Both the position numbers and the translations under genes were made by a program. A DNA stretch of 64,000 nt from Xylanibacter ruminicola (GTDB taxonomy: Bacteria > Bacteroidota > Bacteroidia > Bacteroidales > Bacteroidaceae), in assembly GCA_015060625.1 (NCBI GenBank), contig SUYC01000005.1, forward strand, positions 41,270 through 105,269. The letters are read 5' to 3'. Shown piece after piece: positions 56,274-64,000 of the stretch. The stretch's first letter is position 1; each line of letters begins with the position of its first letter. A model generated the notes under the pieces. That model did no database searches. It had not been told where the DNA came from and saw only the letters and a program-made list of their open reading frames with translations.

Positions 56274-56326
56274 TAACCGCCTGTGGCTTGATTTCGGTCA
56301 AAAAGAAGCCCACAGGCGGTTATTTT
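56274..56326 (+). terminator. Terminator-like hairpin after the beta-galactosidase gene
   Basis: TAACCGCCTGTGG ... CCACAGGCGGTTA followed by TTTT. Confidence 0.75.
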
Positions 56327-56383
56327 ATGAATTTTTAGCCAAAATCGCTTGGAGCGTACCTTATAAATTATTACCTTTGCACC

Positions 56384-56869
56384 GTGAAACAAAGATGGAT
56401 TGATATGAAGATGAGAGAAAAAGTTACAATTTTACTGCTGGCTCTGATGATGGGGCCGGTTGTTAGCTTTGCAGAGGAAGCTCAAGTCACTAGCGAATGT
56501 GACACCACTTATATTAAGCTCGACGAGAATCGCGTGCCCATTACACATGTAAACCTGACATACGATGAACTCGTAGAGAAAGTTGGTGAATTGGAGACTA
56601 TTCTGGAAACCGATGAGTTCCAGCTCTATGCTGCAGGTGAATATACTTATAAGGTAGTTGGTGGAATCGTTACATCTATGGCTATTCAGATTGCTGATGA
56701 CAACAACGATAAGGTGGTTTACAATCAGATTCTGAACACACTGGCCAAGAGCAACTCGCTGAAAGATACGCATAATACAGGTGGTAACAACTACCAGTAT
56801 GCCAACTTCCAGATTCAGTTTGACGATTTTGAAGGTTACGAGAAACTAACCTTCTCGGTTCTTGAGTAG
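56384..56869 (+). CDS. Hypothetical exported protein, true start probably 56404 or 56410
   Basis: Promoter TACCTTTG at 56372-56379. Signal peptide MREKVTILLLALMMGPVVSFA. Confidence 0.6.
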   Translation: MKQRWIDMKMREKVTILLLALMMGPVVSFAEEAQVTSECDTTYIKLDENRVPITHVNLTYDELVEKVGELETILETDEFQLYAAGEYTYKVVGGIVTSMAIQIADDNNDKVVYNQILNTLAKSNSLKDTHNTGGNNYQYANFQIQFDDFEGYEKLTFSVLE

Positions 56870-57751
56870 ATTGAGATAATACCCCAAACGGTATAATTGA
56901 TAAAGAGAGAGAAGAGGGCGGGATCCACAAAGGTTCCGCCTTTCTGTTGCTCCAAACATCAGGTGCCAAAGGCGAAACAGCCACAGAATGGCTGGGATGT
57001 GGATGCCCTGGATAAAGGTGAGCAGGCGCGAATAGCCGTGCAGGTCGTTGCGAAACTCATACAGCGTGCGTAGCTGGCGTTCGGTCTTCGCTATGTAGTC
57101 GGCGTTCGATTCAAACTGAGTCATCACCACTGGATTGTCGATATGCAGTGCGGAGACGTGCTGCTGTTTGAGATGCTTGCCAAACAGTACGTCCTCATAG
57201 CCGCTCATGGTGAATCGCTCGTCGAAGTGACACCGATCGAAGGCCTCGCGGCGAATCATAAAATTGGTAGAGCGGAACGACTGATACTTGTTTTGCTGGC
57301 GTCGCTCGGCAGTATGATCTGGCTCGGCTGCTTTCTCATACTTGTAGCGCAGGTTGTGAGCCAGCTCAGGCATGTCGGCTATGGTTATTCCACCGTTGAT
57401 AACCTCTGCTTGCTGCTCCATATATATATAATAGGTGTGCAGAAACTGCGGGTTGGTGATGGTGATGTCGCAATCGAGAAACAGCAACCATGGATGATGG
57501 CTCACCGAGACCAGGTAGTTGCGATTGGCAGCACTGCCGCTATTGGTGGGGCGAATTATGAAGGTGCAGTGGGGAATGGCGTTGATGGCCTCGTTGGCAG
57601 TCACGGTGTCGCCATTGGGCGAAGCATCATCGGATACAATAATCTCGTAGTTAACGTTAAGAGTATTAGCCTGTTGCGACAGAATCTGAACCAGCTTAAC
57701 GCAAACTGTATTATAAGTTGGAATTAGTATGGATAATGCTTGTTTACTCAT
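56846..57751 (-). CDS. Glycosyltransferase family 2
   Basis: SILIPTYN, IIVSDDAS, LLFLDCD, GYEDV. Confidence 0.88.
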   Translation of the reverse strand: MSKQALSILIPTYNTVCVKLVQILSQQANTLNVNYEIIVSDDASPNGDTVTANEAINAIPHCTFIIRPTNSGSAANRNYLVSVSHHPWLLFLDCDITITNPQFLHTYYIYMEQQAEVINGGITIADMPELAHNLRYKYEKAAEPDHTAERRQQNKYQSFRSTNFMIRREAFDRCHFDERFTMSGYEDVLFGKHLKQQHVSALHIDNPVVMTQFESNADYIAKTERQLRTLYEFRNDLHGYSRLLTFIQGIHIPAILWLFRLWHLMFGATERRNLCGSRPLLSLYQLYRLGYYLNLLKNREG

Positions 57752-57823
57752 TTCTGCCTGCAAAATTAAGCATTTTCGGTTAGCTATATCAGCTTTTCTA
57801 CCAAAAAATAGTTAAAAAAACAA

Positions 57824-57858
57824 TAATTCTCAATTATCAATTGTCAATTGTCAATTAT
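57824..57858. repeat. Five tandem CAATT(G/A)T-type heptamers within the rpsP promoter
   Basis: TAATTCT CAATTAT CAATTGT CAATTGT CAATTAT, ending 6 nt before TAACTTTG (57865-57872). Confidence 0.85.
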
Positions 57859-57938
57859 TAGTAGTAACTTTGCACCCGCTTTTACGAGTTAAGAGCATGA
57901 AATTCAAATTATTAATAACAAATTAAAGATTTAAAAAA

Positions 57939-58481
57939 ATGGCAACAAAAATCAGATTGCAGCGCGGTGGTCGCAAAGGTTATGCTTTCTACAGCATCGT
58001 AATCGCCGACGCTCGTGCACCACGTGATGGTCGTTTCACTGAAAAGATTGGTACTTACAATCCTAACACCAATCCTGCCACAGTTGACCTGAATTTCGAG
58101 CGTGCACTGTACTGGGTAGAGACTGGTGCTCAGCCCACTGACACTGTACGTAACATCCTGAGCCGTGAGGGCGTTTACCTGATGAAGCACCTGAAGGGTG
58201 GCGTAAAGAAGGGCGCTTTCGACGAGGCTACATGCCAGAAGAAGTTCGATGCCTGGAAGGCTGACAAGCAGAATGGTCTGAACAAGATCGCTGAGGCTGA
58301 GGCTAAGGCAAAGAAGGACGCTGCTGCTAATGCCCTGAAGGCTGAGAAGGCCGTTAATGAGGCCATCGCTAAGAAGGTAGCTGATAAGAAGGCTGCTGAG
58401 GCTGCCGCTAAGGCTGAGGCCGAGGCTGCTGCTGCCGCTGCTGAGGCTCCCGCTACTGAGGAGGCTCCTGCTGAGGCATAA
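57939..58481 (+). CDS. rpsP: 30S ribosomal protein S16 with Bacteroidetes Ala/Lys/Glu-rich extension
   Basis: [39 protein letters not shown]. Confidence 0.97.
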   Translation: MATKIRLQRGGRKGYAFYSIVIADARAPRDGRFTEKIGTYNPNTNPATVDLNFERALYWVETGAQPTDTVRNILSREGVYLMKHLKGGVKKGAFDEATCQKKFDAWKADKQNGLNKIAEAEAKAKKDAAANALKAEKAVNEAIAKKVADKKAAEAAAKAEAEAAAAAAEAPATEEAPAEA

Positions 58482-58487
58482 AGCACC

Positions 58488-59660
58488 ATGCATATACTCG
58501 AGATACCCTCATTCTTCACACCTTATGGTGGAGAGTTCTGTCTGGAACAGGCCAAAGCCTTAAAGGCCTTGGGACATGAGGTTCGCATCCTGAGTAATGT
58601 GCTATTAGGATTTACCATCGGAGGGAAGGACTTTCTGGTCCTTCCCTCTTGTCGTTTTGAGCACGAGCGCGAGGGCATCACCATCTATCAGTCGTACCAG
58701 CGTGGATGGCCTCGCATGGTGCATCATAATGTGAAGCACTGGGTAGGGATTGTGCGCTCGATGTTTGCCGACTATGTAGCTAAATATGGCAAACCGGATA
58801 TCCTGCATGCCCACTGTGCCAAATGGGCTGGCTATGCTGCCATGCTCATCAGTAGGGAGTATGGCATACCATATGTTATCACCGAACATCTGCCCAAACT
58901 GATACTGGAACCCGAATTGGGGCCTGCACCTTCGACGGCCTGGCAGGTGCCACTGCTGAAAGAGGCTTATCATGAGGCTGCCCAGGTGATTACCGTGTCG
59001 GATGAGCTGGTGGCTGAGTTGGCTGACTATTTTGGGCATGATTTTCGCCATATCACCATTGGCAATGTGGTGGACACTGACTTTTATGCATTCAAGAAAC
59101 GTCGGCTCATGGATGGGCGGCGCTTCGCTTTCTGTTGCCCTGCGGTGTTTAACCATCGCAAAGGCTATGACGTGCTGTTCAAGGCCTTTGCCCTTTTGGC
59201 AAAGGTGTGTCCTGAAACAGAATTGCATATCGCTGGACGTGGTACTGATAGTAAGGACTGCCGAAAGCTGATGAGATTCTATGGACTGAAAGGCAACGTG
59301 ACGTGTCATGGCACACTGGATGCCGATGGGGTGAGGCATCTGTACTATCAGTCGGATGCCTTGGTGCTGGCCACTCGCAATGAGTCGCAAGGACTGGTGA
59401 TAGCCGAGGCAATGAGCACTGGCATACCTGCCATATCAACCCAAGGGGTGCCCAAGAGTATGCAGTTGGACGGTGGTTATCGTTATGTTCCAGTAGGCGA
59501 TGCCGAAGCCTTGATGGTGGAGATGCAGAAAGCCGTCGGCCGACCTGTGACAGAAGAGGAAGGGCGGCATCTGGCAGAATTGGTGGAAAGGCGTTTCGCG
59601 CCAAATGTTATCGGCGCTCAGATTGCTGAAGTAATGACTGGTACATGGCCTCGTAGCTGA
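58488..59660 (+). CDS. Glycosyltransferase family 4
   Basis: PDILHAH, HRKGYDVL, ESQGLVIAEAMSTG. Confidence 0.88.
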   Translation: MHILEIPSFFTPYGGEFCLEQAKALKALGHEVRILSNVLLGFTIGGKDFLVLPSCRFEHEREGITIYQSYQRGWPRMVHHNVKHWVGIVRSMFADYVAKYGKPDILHAHCAKWAGYAAMLISREYGIPYVITEHLPKLILEPELGPAPSTAWQVPLLKEAYHEAAQVITVSDELVAELADYFGHDFRHITIGNVVDTDFYAFKKRRLMDGRRFAFCCPAVFNHRKGYDVLFKAFALLAKVCPETELHIAGRGTDSKDCRKLMRFYGLKGNVTCHGTLDADGVRHLYYQSDALVLATRNESQGLVIAEAMSTGIPAISTQGVPKSMQLDGGYRYVPVGDAEALMVEMQKAVGRPVTEEEGRHLAELVERRFAPNVIGAQIAEVMTGTWPRS

Positions 59661-60723
59661 GGGCAATCAGTTTGTAATCGTGATGTTTCTTGACGTAGCT
59701 GATGCTGTCGGCCTTTAATTGGTTGATTTTTTGAGGATGGGCTATCAGCCACTCTAACTGGGCGCACACACTCTCATAGGTGGGCTCAACATTGATGATG
59801 GGGCGCAGACTGGTTTCATGAATCAGGTCGTATTGTTCGGGCTCGCCACCGCCCACCACGATGATGCCCTTGCTCATGGCCAGCAGCGAGTTCATGGAAG
59901 GGGTGTAGCTGTATAGTTGGTCGAGCATCACGTCGCTGCTATTCATAGACTGCTGATAGTCGGCATAGGGCAGGTCCTCCACTTTGATGATATCGCAGGA
60001 GTCGGGATGCTTGGCGGCTATGTGCTCCAGGGCGCTCAGCATGATGTCGGTGCCCTTGTACTGGCTGCGAGCCTTGTCGATGCCGATGAAGAAACGTAGG
60101 CGTTTACCATTGAACAGGTGGGTAGGGGTGTCGTTCTCTATCTCTATGGGCAACGGGATATATTCGCTCTTCTCGGGGAAATAATGGGCATAGCAAGCCT
60201 GGTATTCGTAGAGGCAGGTGGGGATTCGGTCGGCATCTTCCATCACATAGCGACAGTAGTCGCCCTTGGGCGTGTCAACATACTCATCGATAAACTGTTG
60301 TGCAGCAGGGTCATGGCGCATCTGGTTGCCGATATAGAAATCGCCATATCTGAAGGTCTTGTGGTGCAAGCCATCGTCCACCCAATACCAGTCGCAACCA
60401 AAAGCCCCCACCACCATTTTGCGGTTGTGACGGCGCAGAAAATCGTAGAAGAAATACTCTCTTTCTGCCTTTAGGCCGAAGCAGTCGGGATTGATGAGTT
60501 GCACGATGTCATAGCCTGTGAAGCGTGGCAGCAGACTAAGCATTCTGGCCATGTGGCGGATGCCGGAAAAAGGACCATCGCTGCGCCGTATATCGATGTC
60601 GCGCGGCAGATCGTGAAACATATTGCCATTGCCCACCAGTGTTACTTGATGGCCTAACTCGCGCAGACCCTTTGCCAGTAGGGTGTGCAGTGTGCTATAA
60701 TCCTCAAAGAGTAGTATCCTCAT
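59608..60723 (-). CDS. GT-B glycosyltransferase
   Basis: LLFEDYS.LH.LLAKGLR.LGH, KGTDIML, LDQLYSYTPSMNSLLAMSKG. Confidence 0.82.
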   Translation of the reverse strand: MRILLFEDYSTLHTLLAKGLRELGHQVTLVGNGNMFHDLPRDIDIRRSDGPFSGIRHMARMLSLLPRFTGYDIVQLINPDCFGLKAEREYFFYDFLRRHNRKMVVGAFGCDWYWVDDGLHHKTFRYGDFYIGNQMRHDPAAQQFIDEYVDTPKGDYCRYVMEDADRIPTCLYEYQACYAHYFPEKSEYIPLPIEIENDTPTHLFNGKRLRFFIGIDKARSQYKGTDIMLSALEHIAAKHPDSCDIIKVEDLPYADYQQSMNSSDVMLDQLYSYTPSMNSLLAMSKGIIVVGGGEPEQYDLIHETSLRPIINVEPTYESVCAQLEWLIAHPQKINQLKADSISYVKKHHDYKLIALSYEAMYQSLLQQSERR

Positions 60724-61670
60724 CTTTCTCGCTTCATGAGTGGCAGCACCTTGACAAGGGTGGCCAAACCTAATTTACTGTTCGACAGGCGGCGGAACCA
60801 CTGATATTTGGTGGTGTAGTTGCGGTCGGGGAGGGGGAACAGGCCTTCGCTGCGCAACTGGGTGATGCACTGGCGGGTGACTGCCAGTGAACGGGATAGC
60901 ATGATGGTGTTGTAGAGGTAGTCCATCGTAAGCTGAGCCACTCGGCGTTCCATGGCCAACTGGTCGTTCTTGGGCAAGCGGTCTGCCAGTTGGTTCAGTT
61001 CGCGGATAACCTGATGCAAATCTGTCAGTCGTTTCTCTACATGGGGGCCATCCATGCTTGTAGTGATGGAGTTGGGACGCTTGTTGTAGCAGTATGCATT
61101 GGCTTTAGTGGGATACACCACCTCGGCGCGTATCAGCAGTTGCGGGGTGAAAAGCTCGTCTTCGTGAAAGATGCCAGGTGTAAATCGTAGATCGCTCAGT
61201 GTAGCACGACGCACCAGATAGCTCCAAGCAGCAGCGTGGATATTGTGGTGGCGCATAAAACTGGTTCCACTGGTAGGGGGCTCATCGTCGATTTCGAAGA
61301 GCACCATATCGGCATCATGGTGCTGTCGGATGAGGTTCAGACAATGGTCATAGCCCGACTTGATGAGTTGGTCGTCAGCATCCACAAATTGCAGATAGCG
61401 ACCTGTTGCCATTCTGATGCCTGTATTGCGTGCCACGCTCAGTCCTTGGTGTTTCTGCCGCAAGAACAGCACGTCGTTTACATAATCGTCGAGCTCAGGC
61501 AGTGGACTGTGAGCTGAGCCGTCATCGACGATGATAATCTGTCGTTCTTCTGGTTTTAGCGACAGCGCAAGAATGCTGTCGAGGCACTCACAAAGCATCT
61601 TGGCGGGCAACTCGTAGTAGGCGATGATGAAACTCACCAATGGTGTTGTTTCCTGTTGATTTACTATCAT
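60720..61670 (-). CDS. Glycosyltransferase family 2, start MIVNQQ
   Basis: VSFIIAYY, IIVDDGS, GLSVARNTG, FVDADD, FHEDE. Confidence 0.9.
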   Translation of the reverse strand: MIVNQQETTPLVSFIIAYYELPAKMLCECLDSILALSLKPEERQIIIVDDGSAHSPLPELDDYVNDVLFLRQKHQGLSVARNTGIRMATGRYLQFVDADDQLIKSGYDHCLNLIRQHHDADMVLFEIDDEPPTSGTSFMRHHNIHAAAWSYLVRRATLSDLRFTPGIFHEDELFTPQLLIRAEVVYPTKANAYCYNKRPNSITTSMDGPHVEKRLTDLHQVIRELNQLADRLPKNDQLAMERRVAQLTMDYLYNTIMLSRSLAVTRQCITQLRSEGLFPLPDRNYTTKYQWFRRLSNSKLGLATLVKVLPLMKRER

Positions 61671-61745
61671 GATGGCTGCAAAGATACGAAAAAATTTGTA
61701 GATATGTAATTTTTTGTTTACTTTTGCGTTTGTTTTTATGGAAAT

Positions 61746-63203
61746 ATGAGTAAAGAGCGCGACGATAGCTATAGTCATGTGCTGAAATACACGGGCGTTT
61801 TTGGTGGCGTGCAGGTTCTGAATGTGTTGGTGGGGCTTGTGCGCAACAAGTTCGTAGCCATGCTGTTAGGGCCTGGTGGCATGGGACTGGTGTCGCTCTT
61901 TAATACTACTGTACAGTTGCTCTCGCAAGCCACCAACTTGGGGGTGGCGACGAGTGCCGTACGTCATATTTCGGAATACTACGACGCTGGCGATGAAGTG
62001 CAGACTGTGCACTATGTGAAGGTGGTGCGAGGATGGTGCTTGCTCACCGCATTGTTGGGTATGCTGGTTTGCGTGGTGTTAGGCCCCTTTTTGAATCACG
62101 CTACTTTCTCGTGGGGTGATCACACATTGCACTTTGTGCTGCTGGCACCTGCCATTGGTATGCTGGCCATCACCGGTGGCGAGACTGCCATCCTGAAAGG
62201 TACCCGACAGCTGGGAGCGTTGGCAGTGGTGCAGATAATGGCGGCCTTGGCATCGCTGGCTATAGCTATACCTATTTATTATATGTTCAATCAAACGGGC
62301 ATCGTTCCGGTCATCGTGCTGATGGCCTTTGTGACTATGTGTGCCACGCTGTGGTTCTCACAGCGTGTGTTTCCGTGGCGGTTGCGTGGCGCCAAGGGTG
62401 TATTGGGTGAAGGTATGGAGATGGTGCGTCTTGGCGTGGCTTTCACTTTGGCTGGCATAGTGGGCAGTGGAGCCGAGATGTTCGTAAGGTCGTATCTGAA
62501 TGTGGTGGGCAATCTCGACATGTTAGGACTCTATAATGCCGGCTATATGCTCACCATCACTTATGCCGGTATGGTGTTCTCGGCGATGGAGAGTGATTAT
62601 TATCCGCGCCTCTCGTCAGTGAATCATGATGTGCTGGCTACTAATCAGGTGGTGAACCGTCAGATGGAGGTGTCGCTGCTCATTGTGGCACCTATGCTCA
62701 CAGTGCTGATAGTACTTTTGCCGATACTCATTCCGCAGCTCCTCACCAGTGAGTTTCTGCCAGTGGTGCCGATGGCTCAGGTGGCTGCGCTGGCCATGTT
62801 CTTCAAGGTGCTCACCATGCCTGTGGCATATATCACCTTAGCACGTGGTCTGGCTGTAACCTATCTGATGCTCGAAACGGTTTACTTTCTGGTATTTGTT
62901 GTTCTGGTGGTGCTGGGCTACCAGCTGTGGGGGCTGCTTGGCACTGGTGTCGCCATCACCTTAGCGCATGTGTTCGACTATCTCATGATTAATGTCTATG
63001 CCTATAAAAAATACGGCTACCGTATGTCGGCAGCCGTATCTCGATATGCTGTTGTTCTGTTTTCTCTAGGATTTCTCGCCTATGCCTGTACCATCCTTCT
63101 TGATGGCATTGCCTACTGGATAGTGGAACTTGTGGTGGTATTGGCGAGCTGCCTTTATATGGTTCAGAATCTGAAGTCGAGCTCTACATCCACAAAGTTG
63201 TGA
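61746..63203 (+). CDS. wzx: Wzx-type O-antigen translocase
   Basis: VLKYTGVFGGVQV..VLVGLVRNKFVAMLLGPGG.G, DYYPRLS, about 12-13 TMs. Confidence 0.88.
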   Translation: MSKERDDSYSHVLKYTGVFGGVQVLNVLVGLVRNKFVAMLLGPGGMGLVSLFNTTVQLLSQATNLGVATSAVRHISEYYDAGDEVQTVHYVKVVRGWCLLTALLGMLVCVVLGPFLNHATFSWGDHTLHFVLLAPAIGMLAITGGETAILKGTRQLGALAVVQIMAALASLAIAIPIYYMFNQTGIVPVIVLMAFVTMCATLWFSQRVFPWRLRGAKGVLGEGMEMVRLGVAFTLAGIVGSGAEMFVRSYLNVVGNLDMLGLYNAGYMLTITYAGMVFSAMESDYYPRLSSVNHDVLATNQVVNRQMEVSLLIVAPMLTVLIVLLPILIPQLLTSEFLPVVPMAQVAALAMFFKVLTMPVAYITLARGLAVTYLMLETVYFLVFVVLVVLGYQLWGLLGTGVAITLAHVFDYLMINVYAYKKYGYRMSAAVSRYAVVLFSLGFLAYACTILLDGIAYWIVELVVVLASCLYMVQNLKSSSTSTKL

Positions 63204-64000
63204 TTCTTATGAGCCGAACGCTCGTTCACCAAACCATATTCTGCATTCAGCTGCAGGTTCTTGGTGAAGTAGTAGTTCAAACCAACCTCGTACATGCTCT
63301 TTGAGGTGCTCCATTCCTTCTGTGCACGATAGGTCTGATAACGTGCTTTGGCGTGCAGCTTACCCTTTACTACAGGTACGATACCGAAGGCATACCAACC
63401 ATCGGCTTTGTCGCCCTTGCTGTAGTCGATCTCGCGGATGTTGTTGCCGGCTTTGGCAGCACCCCAACCCTGGCTGTGGATATACTCAGCACGGAAGGTG
63501 TACTCATCCTTGTCGTATTCGGCTGAAAGGGCATAACGGTTTTTCTCGATGCTGATGGTCTTGCCTGTAAGAGGGTCGAGCATACCACCACGAGAACCGG
63601 TCCATCCGAAGGCACCGATGCGTACGCCCTTGATGGGCATCACCCAAACACCGCCGATAATATCCTTGCGGTTGTCCTGATCCTTAGAATTGACACCCTC
63701 ACCATTGTAAACACCAATCTGGTAGTGGAACAGGCGACGGCCGTTGGCATTGGGGAACAGATCACCAGAGAACTGGATACCAATATCACGACCACCTGAA
63801 GACTTCTCACCTGTGCGATCGCCAAAAGCCGACAGGTTGTTGACTACCATGGCGTAGGAATACCAGCCCTGAGTGATGGGGTTTGTTGGGTTCTCGAAAG
63901 TGAAGGCGCGCTTGAACTGACCAGCACGAATCTTGAACTCAGGATACTTGCGCCACTCGGCATAGAGATCGACCAGCTGTACGGTGGGCTGACCAGGACC
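63164..64000 (-). CDS. Outer-membrane porin (phosphate-selective porin O/P-like), 5'-truncated by the window
   Basis: Frame is open from 64000 (DLYAEW...KIRAGQFKRAFTFEN). GRDIG.QF.G, alternating beta-strand pattern, C-terminal Phe (LDFRF). Confidence 0.8.
   Translation of the reverse strand, partial: GPGQPTVQLVDLYAEWRKYPEFKIRAGQFKRAFTFENPTNPITQGWYSYAMVVNNLSAFGDRTGEKSSGGRDIGIQFSGDLFPNANGRRLFHYQIGVYNGEGVNSKDQDNRKDIIGGVWVMPIKGVRIGAFGWTGSRGGMLDPLTGKTISIEKNRYALSAEYDKDEYTFRAEYIHSQGWGAAKAGNNIREIDYSKGDKADGWYAFGIVPVVKGKLHAKARYQTYRAQKEWSTSKSMYEVGLNYYFTKNLQLNAEYGLVNERSAHKNHNFVDVELDFRF

Overview
A 64 kb chromosomal window from a Prevotella/Xylanibacter-like Bacteroidales genome, judged from the TTTG-N19-21-TAnnTTTG promoters, T9SS C-terminal domain, UpxY and extended S16. 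Layout: (1) 1-2 kb conserved sigma54-regulator/lptE/TPR/secG cluster. (2) 2.1-8.9 kb accessory minus-strand block with a TPR-AraC regulator, two unknown membrane proteins, a T9SS-secreted C10 protease and a lipoprotein. (3) tRNA-Tyr, DUF349 protein, corA (with a candidate leader-peptide attenuator), pepD, a flippase-like gene and rsmA. The last two are driven by near-identical promoters in a 94-bp inverted repeat that encloses an unannotated 34-aa membrane peptide. (4) 16.2-22 kb defence/TA island: AbiEi/AbiEii, orphan MNT, an ABC-ATPase plus putative restriction-like nuclease pair, and a second orphan ABC-ATPase. (5) 22-52 kb UpxY-controlled Wzx/Wzy surface-polysaccharide locus. It holds a legionaminic-acid-type nonulosonate pathway with two extra oxidoreductases, a KpsS-like transferase, an ACP/FabH/FabG/adenylation acyl-building module, acyltransferases with homopolymer tracts (one out of frame), and a secreted Asp-box protein. 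(6) RAYT-like transposase and GH2 beta-galactosidase. (7) rpsP inside a second glycosyltransferase/Wzx cluster, and a truncated porin. Several short repeat families (heptamer runs, nonamer-armed palindromes, REP-like GC hairpins) sit in promoters and in frame inside proteins. All functional calls come from motif reading only; no database search was run.
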